Shown piece by piece: positions 36,921 through 47,842 of a DNA stretch of 64,000 bases. Position 1 is the first letter of the stretch. Each line of letters begins with the position of its first letter. A program made the position numbers and the translations under genes. The stretch is from sequence record PQ451753.1; one strand, written 5' to 3'. Below the pieces are notes generated by a model. It saw only the letters and a program-made list of their open reading frames with translations. It was not told where the DNA came from and did not search any database.

Positions 36921-39065
36921 GTGCTAGACACTAATAATTATCCAGAAACAGAATGCGACATTGCATTAGATCGCACGGGTTGTACTACGAACCTACAGAT
37001 ATTTCCACAGGGTTCATCGGGCGCACGTGTACAGATGCAAGGTACGCACTACGCTCAGGCTACACAGATTGCGCATCCACAATTGCGTAACATCTTTGCA
37101 GGTCCAGAGCGTGACTATGCGAACTACATGTTCAATGTGGTAGTAGAACACAACTGTACAGTAATTCGTGTAGTGAAGCGATACGCAAAACCGGGTGCAG
37201 GGGAACAGCGCGCGCTGGAAACTTTGGTTTTCGTAGAGCGTCAACAAGAGCCGGGTTCACGTCAAGAACGTAAACCTATTGTCGATTTAATCAGAATACC
37301 AACGTTTGTTCAGAACCATCAGACCTTCGCGGTTGAATTGGAACTGACTCAAATTGGTAGCCGACTAGGAGCTAAGAAATACCTCAAGAAAGGTACTGTA
37401 CTGGCGCAGACAAAATCCGTCATTGATGACGAGTACTGTGTTGGTTTACATGCAAACACACTGCTAGTATCTCACCCAATGGTTATTGAGGACTCGTGTT
37501 TGATTTCACAGTCTTTAGCAGACCGTATGATGTCTTATGGTTACAAGACCTACCGTATGACAATCGGTGAGAAAGACTTCCCGCTGCTTCTATATAAGGA
37601 TAGAAAAGGTAACCCTTCACTATTTCCAGAAGTTGGTGAGAAAGTTAGAGAAGATGGCATCCTGTTCGCTAAGCGTGAATATGATCCATTGCTAGCAGCG
37701 ATTGAAATGTCTGAAACGGCTCTGACTGAACCGTGTGGGCATTTTGACGATTGTACATTCGTAAACCCTGATGCTGAAGTAATCGACGTCAAGGTTCATC
37801 GTGATGACATTCGTCCACGTAGACGTGACCCTGAAACTGGCGAGAACTTGCCATGTGAGAAGATGTCAACTCCTGTAGGTATGCAAGAGATTTGTGATAC
37901 TTACGCTGATGCCTACTCAAACTTCCAAGGTCATATCCGTAGCTTGTATAAGTACGTGAAAGACGATTACCGTCGTAAAGGTTACCGTGATATCAGTTAC
38001 ACCCCTGATGCAAAGCAGGCGATTATGTACTCGATTGCGGATAACCCACGCGAAGTAAACAACAACCTGTCACGATACACCAAACAGTTCGGTCAGATTA
38101 AGAACGATGATTACATGATTGAAATCACCGTCAAGTTCCCAATCCCTCTATCAGTATCTGGTAAGATTACCGATACAATGGGTGGTAAAGGTATCGTTGG
38201 CGAAATCGTTCCAGACCATCTCATGCCAGTAGATGAATTCGGTAACCGTGTAGACCTGATGATGTCAGAGAACGCAATGTTACGTCGTACGAACTTCAAC
38301 CGTGGTTTTGAGAACTATGTTAACGCAGCAAGACGTGATGCTCAGATTCGTATAGTAGAAATGTACGAAGATGGTAAAACAGAAGAAGCATTCGATTACT
38401 TGTTACGTTTCACTGGAGCTGTTAACCCTGAGTGGTCATACGCAATTGAAGAAGCACACCCAGATAAAGTGAGCCGAATCGATTTGCTAGATGCAATGGC
38501 TACAGGTGAAGAGACGCTAAGACTGTGGGTACCGTCAGATAACAAATATCCGATGGATCAGATTATCCGCAACGTGAAGAATGATTTCCCTCCACGTAAG
38601 TCTAAGCTGAAAGTCACAATGCCAGATGGTAGCATTGAGTACACCAAGACTGAATTTAGTGTCGGTGAACTATATATGATTCGTCTGGATAAATGGGGTG
38701 GTGAATTCTCAGCAGTAGCAGCAGGACGTTTCCAAGCGTTCGGTACAATCGCTAAACAACACAGCTCTGATAAACACCGTCGTCCAGTTCGTGAGAACCC
38801 AATCAAACACATCGGTGAATCAGAAGTACGACATCAGCAAGCATACATTGGTGGTGACGTATGTGCAGACGCACACGACCGTAGTAATAACCCTGCCGTG
38901 GCAGACAATGTAATCATGAGTATATTGTCGGCAGAGGTACCAAGTAACATTGAACATGCAGTTGACCGTAAGAAGCATCCGCTTGGACACAACCGCGTAA
39001 TGGAAATTAACCGTCACGTGATGCGATGCGATGGAATTGGCTTTACTACACGACGTTTGCAATAA
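36921..39065 (+). CDS. Non-virion RNAP beta C-terminal subunit (phiKZ gp71-73-like), uninterrupted
   Basis: R.QM..HY.QA, EDSCLIS, GKITD..GGKG, GELYMIRL and GESE motifs; GTG 36921 after GGGAG. Confidence 0.9.
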   Translation: MLDTNNYPETECDIALDRTGCTTNLQIFPQGSSGARVQMQGTHYAQATQIAHPQLRNIFAGPERDYANYMFNVVVEHNCTVIRVVKRYAKPGAGEQRALETLVFVERQQEPGSRQERKPIVDLIRIPTFVQNHQTFAVELELTQIGSRLGAKKYLKKGTVLAQTKSVIDDEYCVGLHANTLLVSHPMVIEDSCLISQSLADRMMSYGYKTYRMTIGEKDFPLLLYKDRKGNPSLFPEVGEKVREDGILFAKREYDPLLAAIEMSETALTEPCGHFDDCTFVNPDAEVIDVKVHRDDIRPRRRDPETGENLPCEKMSTPVGMQEICDTYADAYSNFQGHIRSLYKYVKDDYRRKGYRDISYTPDAKQAIMYSIADNPREVNNNLSRYTKQFGQIKNDDYMIEITVKFPIPLSVSGKITDTMGGKGIVGEIVPDHLMPVDEFGNRVDLMMSENAMLRRTNFNRGFENYVNAARRDAQIRIVEMYEDGKTEEAFDYLLRFTGAVNPEWSYAIEEAHPDKVSRIDLLDAMATGEETLRLWVPSDNKYPMDQIIRNVKNDFPPRKSKLKVTMPDGSIEYTKTEFSVGELYMIRLDKWGGEFSAVAAGRFQAFGTIAKQHSSDKHRRPVRENPIKHIGESEVRHQQAYIGGDVCADAHDRSNNPAVADNVIMSILSAEVPSNIEHAVDRKKHPLGHNRVMEINRHVMRCDGIGFTTRRLQ

Positions 39066-39084
39066 TCTATTAAGGAGATAATAA

Positions 39085-41091
39085 ATGTACGAACTTAACG
39101 CTCGTAAAATGCTTGACTGGACTGAAGATGAGGTTTGGGAATTAGACCCTACTCAAAGTTGTAACCTAACCTTTGATGACAGAACCGTCAAGAATACGGA
39201 CGTGGTTGACGTACAAATCAGCTGGTATTTCTGGCAGATATCTCGCTTCTACAGTGAGGTACCTGTCACCAGTAACCTGTTCTTAAATGGCAGACCGTTT
39301 ACGGACGGTCTTGCTCGCTCACTAATGAACGATGCTATCCAGTCGACACGTCAATTCGATGACATTGATCGCGAAGATGTATGGCGTATTGCGTACAGCA
39401 GTATTTATAATCGTTGTTTCGTGGCACTTGCAACACGACTACTTCCTCACATCTCTGGTACTAACGGTGACGATACCGTAGAGCTATTGGATGATGAAGA
39501 AATCCGTGAAGCAAACGAACAGGTAAATGATTCGTTGGCTACAGTAGACCATGTCTACGATGTGATCGAAAAGGTATTTAAAGGACCTAAGTACAAACAT
39601 AACCCGATTGTTCGAGCGACAGGTTACGGAACAGTTAAACTAAAACAGATGTTCCCATCATTTGGACCACGTGGGCGTGTAACTGATATTGACTCAGAGA
39701 TTTACCGTCGTCCAGTTAAACGTGGTTTTGCAATGGGCTTTACTTCTATTGCAGACTTTGCTAAAGAATCTCGTTCAGCTGCTAAGGCACTACTGTTCAA
39801 CAAAGATCCAGTTGCTACGGCAGAGTACTTTAACCGTAAGTTACAATTCGTTGCAGCTTACATTAAAGAGCTAGTGAAAGGTGATTGTGGTACTAAGGAC
39901 TACCACACGCTTGAAGTTCCTGAAGGTGAATCTGGTAAAGAGTTGCTTTACAGTCTAGATGGGTTAACGCGAGTTTATCCAGACAACCGTAAAGAGCAAC
40001 ATCCAATCGACCCTAATGATGAAAGTCAATTAGGGAAGACCATTCATTTCCGTACAACCATTACTTGTAAGCATTTAGCAAAACAAGGGGTTTGTGAGAA
40101 ATGTTATGGAGATTTGTCGTATTCGATTCCGGATGGTGATAATCCGGGCCACGTTAGCTGTACTTCAGTTAACGAGAAGATTACTCAGCTAATCATCTCA
40201 ACTAAGCACTTAGACTTTATCATCCACAACTTACTTGTGCGTTTGAATCGTGACGAGCAGGCATACTTGGATACCAAGGAACGCCATCCTGATATGATTT
40301 ACATGAATGCATCTCGTAAGGGTGAAAGTCTAGTCATGCGTGTTTACAAGAAAGAAGCACCACGACTAATCAGTGTACGTTATGTAGACGATACGTTCAT
40401 GATGAACCCGTCACGTACAACTCAATTGACTCACATGGAATTACACCATGTAGATGAGAATGGGATGTACCATACCGATGTTGACTTTGATATGGTTAAA
40501 CGTTCTACGAAGGCTTCAATGTCTCGTGAGTTGTTAGCCTACATCAAGAAAGTTGGTTGGTCTGAAGACGACACCTATTACACAATCGATATGTCTAAGT
40601 GGGATGTGAAGAAACCATTGTTCATCTACCCACATAAGCATGAGAATATGTCCGAGTACGGTAAGCGTGTAGAACGCTTCATTCGTTCCTCTCGCGAAGC
40701 AGGTGAGAAGAAAGAAACCAAGAAAGGTTACATTAACATGCTGACGAAGTACAAAGACGTTGACAGTGCGCTCTACGATGCCTTCTATCTAATCTCTGAT
40801 AAGATTGATGGTGTTTACATGGGTCACATTGCAACGATTCTTGCAGCGTCTCGTGCGCAGCAGGCTGATGACTTAGACTACAACTTGCCATATGGTAAAG
40901 ACATGGGTTCGTTCCAGACTCATGACGATATCATCAAATACCGTTCACTCGGTGTGGCAATGTTGTTCGAACGTCACAGAAACTACTTCGCTGACATCGA
41001 TAGTTTCATCATTAAAGACCGAATGCCAAGTATCCTCGACGATATGATTCATCTCGAAGAGGACAAGTACCCACGTACTAGTTTGGAATAG
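39085..41091 (+). CDS. Non-virion RNAP beta' C-terminal subunit (phiKZ gp74-like)
   Basis: Bridge-helix-like region, GDCGT, TC...VCEKCYG zinc site, TQLIISTKH trigger loop. Confidence 0.88.
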   Translation: MYELNARKMLDWTEDEVWELDPTQSCNLTFDDRTVKNTDVVDVQISWYFWQISRFYSEVPVTSNLFLNGRPFTDGLARSLMNDAIQSTRQFDDIDREDVWRIAYSSIYNRCFVALATRLLPHISGTNGDDTVELLDDEEIREANEQVNDSLATVDHVYDVIEKVFKGPKYKHNPIVRATGYGTVKLKQMFPSFGPRGRVTDIDSEIYRRPVKRGFAMGFTSIADFAKESRSAAKALLFNKDPVATAEYFNRKLQFVAAYIKELVKGDCGTKDYHTLEVPEGESGKELLYSLDGLTRVYPDNRKEQHPIDPNDESQLGKTIHFRTTITCKHLAKQGVCEKCYGDLSYSIPDGDNPGHVSCTSVNEKITQLIISTKHLDFIIHNLLVRLNRDEQAYLDTKERHPDMIYMNASRKGESLVMRVYKKEAPRLISVRYVDDTFMMNPSRTTQLTHMELHHVDENGMYHTDVDFDMVKRSTKASMSRELLAYIKKVGWSEDDTYYTIDMSKWDVKKPLFIYPHKHENMSEYGKRVERFIRSSREAGEKKETKKGYINMLTKYKDVDSALYDAFYLISDKIDGVYMGHIATILAASRAQQADDLDYNLPYGKDMGSFQTHDDIIKYRSLGVAMLFERHRNYFADIDSFIIKDRMPSILDDMIHLEEDKYPRTSLE

Positions 41092-41097
41092 GTCATA

Positions 41098-41134
41098 GAT
41101 GGGAAGGAGTAACCTTCCCATCGCTTTCTTTTTT
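41098..41134 (+). terminator. Intrinsic terminator
   Basis: GATGGGAAGG-AGTAA-CCTTCCCATC plus T-tract. Confidence 0.8.
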
Positions 41135-41153
41135 GTAAGTTGGAGAGTTCGTA

Positions 41154-42746
41154 GTGGGTCTTTTAAAGATTACTCGCGGGAAGCGAGGGTTTAAGATAAC
41201 GACTGATAACGGCAACGTTCAGCGTCGTCTTGAACTATACGGTGAGGAACTCATTCAGCCGAAAATAGAACGACAGCGAGGGAAGGTCACAGTTGTACCG
41301 GGTGATAAGTATTATGTACATTCAGAACGTCATAAGTCTTATTACTTCATGAATACTCATTACCATTCCATCATGGAATTAATCGACAACTATAGTCGTG
41401 GTACTGGGTTGGCAAACATCGACATTGTAGAAGAAGATGTCATGCCGTGTGATGGTACAGATGTCGACTTCTCGAAGCATACGTTAAATTTGGTTGAACC
41501 TGATGGTTCCGAATTCGATTACCAGAACCCAATCGTAGCACATACGTCGCGTGAGGGTCACAACCACAACATCCTTGAGGTTCAAACAGGTAAGGGGAAA
41601 ACCGCGATGGCTATGAAAACCATAGTCAATATCGGTAAACGTACACTTATCATTACTAAGCCTGGGTATGTTGATAAATGGACTGGTGATTTAACTAATA
41701 AGGACTACAGCCTGTCGTTAAGACCGGGTGAGTTGATTAGAATTGGCGGAGGTAAGAGTTCGTCTAGTAAAATGGAGGAAATGGACGCTCTTATCGAAAT
41801 GGGTCGTAATGGAGAGCTAGACGGTGGTAAGGGTAGAAAAGAGTGTAAGGTCATTCTTATCTCTTCTAAGACATTTGACAACTGGATTAAACATCAGTTA
41901 GAGAATGATGTCGAGCAAGTGTTTGAACAGTTCATGAACATCACAGGTTGTGGTGTGCTAACGTATGATGAATCACATGAGTGGTTCCGTATGAACTATT
42001 GGACGTTCATGTTGCTTAACCCTGCCCGTGTATTGGATTTGTCAGCAACGCTGATTCCGGGTGATGATGTCTTCATCAAGCACCGTTATGATGAACGCTT
42101 CCCTAAGATTTGTCGTTACAATGATTTGGAATACGACAGATACATTGATGCGTTGGGTATCTACTACCATACGACCGATCAGAAGATCATTGACCGCATG
42201 AACCGGATGAAGCTCTATAATCACATAGAGTTTGAGAAGATGGTCATGAAGCGTAAGGGTTCGCAGGAAGCGTACTTCGCTATGGTTAAAGACCTCATTG
42301 ATATGTTCTATAAGAACAAGAAATGGGAGAAAGGCCAACGGGCTTTGATTTTCTTCGCCAGCCGTGAGATGTGTACACGTTTTACTGAGTATGCCAAGAA
42401 AGCATATCCAGACCTAGACGTTAAGCGACATATCCAAGGTGATAACTATGACGAGTTTGTTAAGGCAGACTTGGGTGTTTCTACGCCGGGTAAATCCGGT
42501 ACAGCAGTAGACATTCCCGGACTGGTATTGACTATCGTAACTGTATGTCTATCGAAAGAAGACAAAAACCTACAGATACTAGGACGTACCCGTAAAGTCC
42601 GTGACTGGGATTTAAGCCCTAAAGCTATATTCCTACATTGTCAGCAGTTAGTGAAGCATCTGGTGTACCTCAAGCGTCGTCAGAAGATGTTTAGGAACAA
42701 GGTTCAGTCCTTTAAGATTCTGAACAGTAAATTCATAATCAAGTAG
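41154..42746 (+). CDS. SF2 DEAD/DEAH-like helicase (phiKZ gp75-like)
   Basis: QTGKGKT, YDESHE, LSAT, G..VDIPGL and Q..GR.R motifs. Confidence 0.9.
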   Translation: MGLLKITRGKRGFKITTDNGNVQRRLELYGEELIQPKIERQRGKVTVVPGDKYYVHSERHKSYYFMNTHYHSIMELIDNYSRGTGLANIDIVEEDVMPCDGTDVDFSKHTLNLVEPDGSEFDYQNPIVAHTSREGHNHNILEVQTGKGKTAMAMKTIVNIGKRTLIITKPGYVDKWTGDLTNKDYSLSLRPGELIRIGGGKSSSSKMEEMDALIEMGRNGELDGGKGRKECKVILISSKTFDNWIKHQLENDVEQVFEQFMNITGCGVLTYDESHEWFRMNYWTFMLLNPARVLDLSATLIPGDDVFIKHRYDERFPKICRYNDLEYDRYIDALGIYYHTTDQKIIDRMNRMKLYNHIEFEKMVMKRKGSQEAYFAMVKDLIDMFYKNKKWEKGQRALIFFASREMCTRFTEYAKKAYPDLDVKRHIQGDNYDEFVKADLGVSTPGKSGTAVDIPGLVLTIVTVCLSKEDKNLQILGRTRKVRDWDLSPKAIFLHCQQLVKHLVYLKRRQKMFRNKVQSFKILNSKFIIK

Positions 42747-42753
42747 GTGTTGT

Positions 42754-43107
42754 ATGGTTCTTCCATCGAAATACTCTGCGATCAAAACACTTGATGAGTT
42801 TTTACATTTCGTGTTGAAAGCCTACCCGTCAGTAGAAGACGTCATCGATAAAATCGTAGATGGACAATCTGATGAGTACAAAGGCTTTCATCACTTCAGT
42901 GTGCTTGACCATGTCACGACTGTACATATCCGACAACAAGGTAAGATATGGCAGGTAAACCGTTCGTCTAACATCCGTAAGACAGCAGGTTACGAAAGAT
43001 ATGTAAAAGCACTCTGGGATGTAGAAGAGCTTCAGTATGATGAACGTATTGTAACGTACAAATGCTTCATTGATGAATGGCTGCCGTGGCAGACCATCCG
43101 ACTTTAA
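42754..43107 (+). CDS. Hypothetical protein
   Basis: 117-aa ORF ending before a terminator. Confidence 0.65.
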   Translation: MVLPSKYSAIKTLDEFLHFVLKAYPSVEDVIDKIVDGQSDEYKGFHHFSVLDHVTTVHIRQQGKIWQVNRSSNIRKTAGYERYVKALWDVEELQYDERIVTYKCFIDEWLPWQTIRL

Positions 43108-43113
43108 GCGGCA

Positions 43114-43153
43114 AATAAAAAGGAGGGCAAATGCCCTCCTCTTATTTTTTTTT
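43114..43153. terminator. Bidirectional terminator
   Basis: AGGAGGGCA-AA-TGCCCTCCT flanked by A- and T-tracts. Confidence 0.85.
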
Positions 43154-43516
43154 GTTTCCGTTACGAACTTTCTGTCGTAGACGTTCACGTTCAGCTTCTT
43201 GCTTAATCTTTTCCGCCGCATCAAGGTCTTTCTTATTAAGACGTTCAGCAGTTTGGTTCATGGACTCCATCATGAAGCTAGGACGATTGATGTACTCATC
43301 AAACGAGACGTGGAACCTATCCCATATCTTATATTGATCGTATATCTCAGCCCAATACTCATAAAGGGAACCGGGCGTCATCTTTTCGGCAGTTGACATC
43401 TCAACTAATGTATCGCCAGAGTCAATAGTGTAGTCACTATCGTAAGCGCGCACCAGTTCAGTCCGCGCCTCGACGTAGTTGAGCCCACCCGGTAGTCCAG
43501 TTAAGTCTAATCCCAT
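43142..43516 (-). CDS. Conserved hypothetical protein
   Basis: 124 aa, GAGGAG RBS. Confidence 0.7.
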   Translation of the reverse strand: MGLDLTGLPGGLNYVEARTELVRAYDSDYTIDSGDTLVEMSTAEKMTPGSLYEYWAEIYDQYKIWDRFHVSFDEYINRPSFMMESMNQTAERLNKKDLDAAEKIKQEAERERLRQKVRNGNKKK

Positions 43517-43572
43517 GAGCTCCTCAAATGCAGGAGTCCCATTAACTAGACGGTCTTCGAATTCGGTCGAAC

Positions 43573-45003
43573 TTATACGTTCGCCATCTCCAACATAACC
43601 AAATTTCTCTGCTGAACAAGCGTAAAAAGTACACGGTCAACACTGATTGGAACAATGCTACGGTGACGTCCGTGCTCTGCACTACCATCATAACCACAAG
43701 CTTTACATTTCTGTGAAGGGTAACCAACAACAGCAATAGTAGAGTCTTCGATGTATGAGTTAGCACCATCTTCAAACGCAGAGTAGTTCTCATCAATAGA
43801 AGAGAATTCAATCAACGCTTCACGGATGGTATCACGATCATCAATAACAATGTACTCATCTTCCATATCGCCTGGAATACGGATTTCAGAAACCAAGTGT
43901 TCATACTTAAGCATACGACGTGCTTGGATTTGACCATCTAGGTATTGGTCACGACGTTTAGGTGAAGAGTAGCTAGACAATGCGTTAGTGTAAGAACGTT
44001 CAATCTCATCTACCCAACGTTTTGCAGTCTGGATGTAATTAGCCAGTGAAGTACGTCCGAAGACAATAACGGTTTCATCAGCAAGCTTAACTTCTTTAGA
44101 AGCAGGTGACTTAAATTCAGAACGGTACTGTTGCAGTAGATCATCTGTAATTGACTTCTGATTACCCGCCAAGATACTAAGCTGTTTCTCGGTAAGTGCA
44201 GACTTATCAATCCAAAGCATACGTGCAAAGTTAAGCATCGCGGTGCGAGACTCATTACACTCTGAAGAAGTACACTTGAACTCCCATGGGTGACCGTTAG
44301 CAAACTTAGTAGCCAATACACCCCAAACCAACGTGCTGTAATCTAGCGGGTCAATAACCTCAACTAGAGTATCAACAATCTCGTCAGCGCCACAAGGGTA
44401 GTTAGTTGAAACGATGTGCTCTAAAGCAAAACGAATCATTGCTTCACTGAATACGCCAGAACGTGCATTAAGTAGAAGACCTGTAGTAGACAGACCGACT
44501 TGGGTGGCTTGATGCTGTAGAGAGAATTCCAAATCAATGAATTGCTTCTCGTTAGCAGGTTCCATTGTTACATGGATGCCAGTGTGGATAAGTGGGAACG
44601 TAAGTGTACCACCGTTACCGCCATTACGACGAATAAGTTCGATAGCAGCACGGCCTTTAACATGACCGCCAGTAGCGCGCATACGTGGGCGCTGTGTGCC
44701 AATCAAACGTTCTTCGTGTTGGATATGTTGTACCCATTCACGGTCTTCACTATTCACTTGGTTTTCAAACAGAACCTTAGGCGTGTAGAATTGGAACATT
44801 GATTTGCGTGGGTCGTCATCCGGTAATACCTGTAGGTCTTTAACCGAGATAGAGAAGCCAGAGTTAAGGAAGCCAAGGTAAGGCCAGAACTTCATATTGT
44901 TGCGAGGTTCTTTGTCCTCAATAACAGGACTGGTCTCTTTGAAGTTTTCTTTCGTTGGTTGTACAACGTCTTTATCTAGTTCATTTGGGTTTTGTTCAGA
45001 CAT
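43573..45003 (-). CDS. Conserved protein (phiKZ gp77-like; possible baseplate hub assembly factor)
   Basis: 476 aa with CTSSEC and CKAC zinc pairs; synteny. Confidence 0.55.
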   Translation of the reverse strand: MSEQNPNELDKDVVQPTKENFKETSPVIEDKEPRNNMKFWPYLGFLNSGFSISVKDLQVLPDDDPRKSMFQFYTPKVLFENQVNSEDREWVQHIQHEERLIGTQRPRMRATGGHVKGRAAIELIRRNGGNGGTLTFPLIHTGIHVTMEPANEKQFIDLEFSLQHQATQVGLSTTGLLLNARSGVFSEAMIRFALEHIVSTNYPCGADEIVDTLVEVIDPLDYSTLVWGVLATKFANGHPWEFKCTSSECNESRTAMLNFARMLWIDKSALTEKQLSILAGNQKSITDDLLQQYRSEFKSPASKEVKLADETVIVFGRTSLANYIQTAKRWVDEIERSYTNALSSYSSPKRRDQYLDGQIQARRMLKYEHLVSEIRIPGDMEDEYIVIDDRDTIREALIEFSSIDENYSAFEDGANSYIEDSTIAVVGYPSQKCKACGYDGSAEHGRHRSIVPISVDRVLFTLVQQRNLVMLEMANV

Positions 45004-45030
45004 GGTATTTTTTTACCTTTAATTAACGTG

Positions 45031-45060
45031 AAAAGGAAAGACGGTAGTAATTTACTACCG
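45031..45060 (-). terminator. Intrinsic terminator (minus strand)
   Basis: CGGTAGTAA/TTACTACCG stem with T-rich tail on minus. Confidence 0.6.
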
Positions 45061-45068
45061 CCGTTATC

Positions 45069-45533
45069 TTAATGATCGTAAGAGAGGATTGACTGGTGGT
45101 TTAGTACATACAATTCAGCGTAACGGTTACGTAAATCGTCAATACGTGTTACAAGGTCAACCGATGTTGGCAACCATGAGAATTCATTACCGCCAGTTTC
45201 TGCAATAAACTCTTCAGCTTCAGCCTTAAGCTTTTGATGCTCTTCATCAAAGTCTTTTAGGTCTTTATCAATAGTCTCAAGAACGCTAACGATTTCTTGA
45301 GTGTGTACACCTAACGCATCAGGACCGCCGTTATCAAGACGTTTGCCGTACATCATTAGGAAGTCATTTACTTTTGCAATGAACTCTTCAGAATCTTTTA
45401 ACTGAATTTGCACTTCTTTATTGTGCGCTGCTTTCTTACGAATGTTTAGGTTGTTAGCTGCGCGTACTTGACGCGCTTGGTTCTTTTTAGCACGCTTTTG
45501 TGCACGGTTATTAGAACGTTGATTCTTCTTCAC
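45069..45533 (-). CDS. Hypothetical protein with basic N-terminal tail and coiled coil
   Basis: GTG start after GAGG; K/R/N/Q-rich N-terminus. Confidence 0.7.
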   Translation of the reverse strand: MKKNQRSNNRAQKRAKKNQARQVRAANNLNIRKKAAHNKEVQIQLKDSEEFIAKVNDFLMMYGKRLDNGGPDALGVHTQEIVSVLETIDKDLKDFDEEHQKLKAEAEEFIAETGGNEFSWLPTSVDLVTRIDDLRNRYAELYVLNHQSILSYDH

Positions 45534-45623
45534 AATAAATCCTCGATTCCATCATATGGAGTTGTTTAATGACATTATCTCTTAGGATATGTCGTCACAT
45601 ATTTTTTAACACAGGTTAAGACA

Positions 45624-46508
45624 ATGTTAGATTTATACCAATCAGTATTTCAAGATATTCGTACGCCAGAACGTACGGAGTTTGCGATTAAGATAGTTGA
45701 GATACTTTATGAGTCAGGTTACGATATTGAGCTTGACGACATCATGTTCTTAGTTGCAACGCACGATAGTTTAGAGGAGATTATTCGTCCTCTTGAATCA
45801 AACATCGCACGTTGTGCTAATTCACTCCTAACGAAGATGGGTGTCGACATTGATGTTGAGAGCATAGATCAAAACTACCAAGACGTATACTTGCTCCTCA
45901 TAACTATACTTGAAAGTATTGAACATTTTGATGACCACGAGTCTATGTTAGCTATCGTAGATTCAGGAGAGCCATCAAACATCATTCTAAGCAACCTAGT
46001 GACGTTTGTTCACGCAAAGGGTATAACAACCCTACCTGAGATTATTCAGGGCGTGGAAGACCGCCTGATTCGCGTAATCAGAAGCGTGTTAGTTGGACGT
46101 GGTATGGTTGACTATGATGATTACACGTTAGATATGAATGCAGCGTTACGCGTAGCGCACTTCATTAAACTGTACCCTGATAACTACGTTAGTGAGATTC
46201 TAGATGACAATGGTTATGCATTGCCAGAAGACACGTTGATTACAACTGTCGACCTAGACCCTGAAACTACAGACGGGTACGAAGAAGCGATTGCCTTAAC
46301 TGCCGCAGGTATTGCAGTTGCTAAGTACGATGAATACGAAGATGCTTACGGAGCTATTGAAAACATCGTAGACCAACTGCTAGATGCAGACTTCACAGAT
46401 AAGAAACTGTTAGTTTGCAATGCAGCCACTACAGCGGTAAAACCAATCTACGCTACCTTAGAAGAGGTTGAAGTAGATGAAGATGATTCCGGTAACCATT
46501 TGGAGTAA
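45624..46508 (+). CDS. Acidic conserved protein (phiKZ gp79-like)
   Basis: 294 aa, directly upstream of the vRNAP beta' gene. Confidence 0.6.
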   Translation: MLDLYQSVFQDIRTPERTEFAIKIVEILYESGYDIELDDIMFLVATHDSLEEIIRPLESNIARCANSLLTKMGVDIDVESIDQNYQDVYLLLITILESIEHFDDHESMLAIVDSGEPSNIILSNLVTFVHAKGITTLPEIIQGVEDRLIRVIRSVLVGRGMVDYDDYTLDMNAALRVAHFIKLYPDNYVSEILDDNGYALPEDTLITTVDLDPETTDGYEEAIALTAAGIAVAKYDEYEDAYGAIENIVDQLLDADFTDKKLLVCNAATTAVKPIYATLEEVEVDEDDSGNHLE

Positions 46509-46511
46509 GGC

Positions 46512-47819
46512 ATGGATAAGAAGCAGTTATTTATAGAAGGATGTAAACGAGATCGTTGGAAGTGGAGAAGCTGGCGTATCAGTTTATTCGCACCAACAAA
46601 CCTCCCACCTGAACAAGAGTTAGAAACCTATGACTTGGAATATCGTCAAGATGGTATCTACTGGTTCACTGATGATGGTGAGTGGGAGAAATTGGAAGGG
46701 TATGATCCTAACGAACCTCTTTTCAAAGCAAATGAAGCAGTAACGTTTGAAGAGTCAGCCATTCCATCTCAGAATGGTAAACTGGAAACTACCTACGGAA
46801 GAATGTTATTCAACTGGATGGTGATTCATTATGCGTTTGGCACGAAGCTTCCTTACCAACAAAAAGTTATGCCACAGGACGTGGTGGAACAGTTCGTACA
46901 TCACGTGGTCGATGAACCTGATGAAGACAAAGCGGTTAAAACGTCGATTGAAGGTAGTCCGACTGCGGAGTTTTACCCATCAGAGATAGAACGCTTTGTA
47001 AAGGCTCTGTTCGAGCTTACAAGCCTTTGTCCTTATATCACGCCTACTGGTTCAGTTAAGACGCTAACAACGCACCCAGAGATGGTGAAGACGCGTAACG
47101 CGCTCTTAGCGAAGTACAAAGACCAATTGGATGATCCAGCCATCATTACCATGATTCAGAACGAATTGGTAGAGCTAGATAAAGAGTGGTTGAAAGGCGA
47201 TGACGCTGAAGGTTACTACATCAGTAATAAGTCATTCACGGTTAAACGTAAGAAGATGTTCGTAATGCACGGTATCGAAGCTGCGTTTAGAGACGAGGGT
47301 CAGTTTGACCTAATTCCAACATCACTCTCTGAGGGTTGGGACATGTCTAAGCTTGTATCTAAATACAATGCAACCCGTGAAGGTTCTTATAACCGTGGTG
47401 CCGATACAGCACTTGGCGGTGAAAAGGTAACGTTCCTACAGCGTATCTTCCAGAACATCCGTGTACTTGAAGGTGACTGCGGTACGAAAGTAACGCACCC
47501 AATCCACTTAACTCAGGATAATCATAAACCATACTTAGGTATGAACATTATGGTTAACGGTAGTCCATTGGAACTATCGTCTGAAAACATTAAGGGTTAC
47601 TTAGGTAAGACGGTTCAGTTACGACGTCCTATTCTATGTAAAATGCCACACACTGACTACTGTTCGGTTTGTGCCACGCGTTCACTCGCGATGAACCCGC
47701 GCGCGGTGGCTTCTGAAATATCAGCTGTTGGTTCTGCAATCATGTACGCCTTCATGGGCGCGATGCACGGTGTGGAGCTAGCTGTAAGCCACTACGATTA
47801 CAAGAAACACATGTGTTAA
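46512..47819 (+). CDS. Virion RNAP beta' middle subunit (phiKZ gp80-like)
   Basis: REGSYNRG..TA..G, EGDCGT, RRPILC..CSVC zinc site. Confidence 0.85.
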   Translation: MDKKQLFIEGCKRDRWKWRSWRISLFAPTNLPPEQELETYDLEYRQDGIYWFTDDGEWEKLEGYDPNEPLFKANEAVTFEESAIPSQNGKLETTYGRMLFNWMVIHYAFGTKLPYQQKVMPQDVVEQFVHHVVDEPDEDKAVKTSIEGSPTAEFYPSEIERFVKALFELTSLCPYITPTGSVKTLTTHPEMVKTRNALLAKYKDQLDDPAIITMIQNELVELDKEWLKGDDAEGYYISNKSFTVKRKKMFVMHGIEAAFRDEGQFDLIPTSLSEGWDMSKLVSKYNATREGSYNRGADTALGGEKVTFLQRIFQNIRVLEGDCGTKVTHPIHLTQDNHKPYLGMNIMVNGSPLELSSENIKGYLGKTVQLRRPILCKMPHTDYCSVCATRSLAMNPRAVASEISAVGSAIMYAFMGAMHGVELAVSHYDYKKHMC

Positions 47820-47842
47820 TAGTTAAATAAGGAATCGTATCA

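Noticed and set aside
25945-41091. Group I introns, homing endonucleases or inteins in RNAP genes (present in phiKZ)
   Set aside because: ORFs are continuous, of expected size, with motifs contiguous and no intein C/N-terminal signatures
43142-45003. Programmed frameshift joining 43573..45003 to 43142..43516 (tail-chaperone style)
   Set aside because: The downstream gene has its own GAGGAG RBS and I saw no slippery heptamer before the stop
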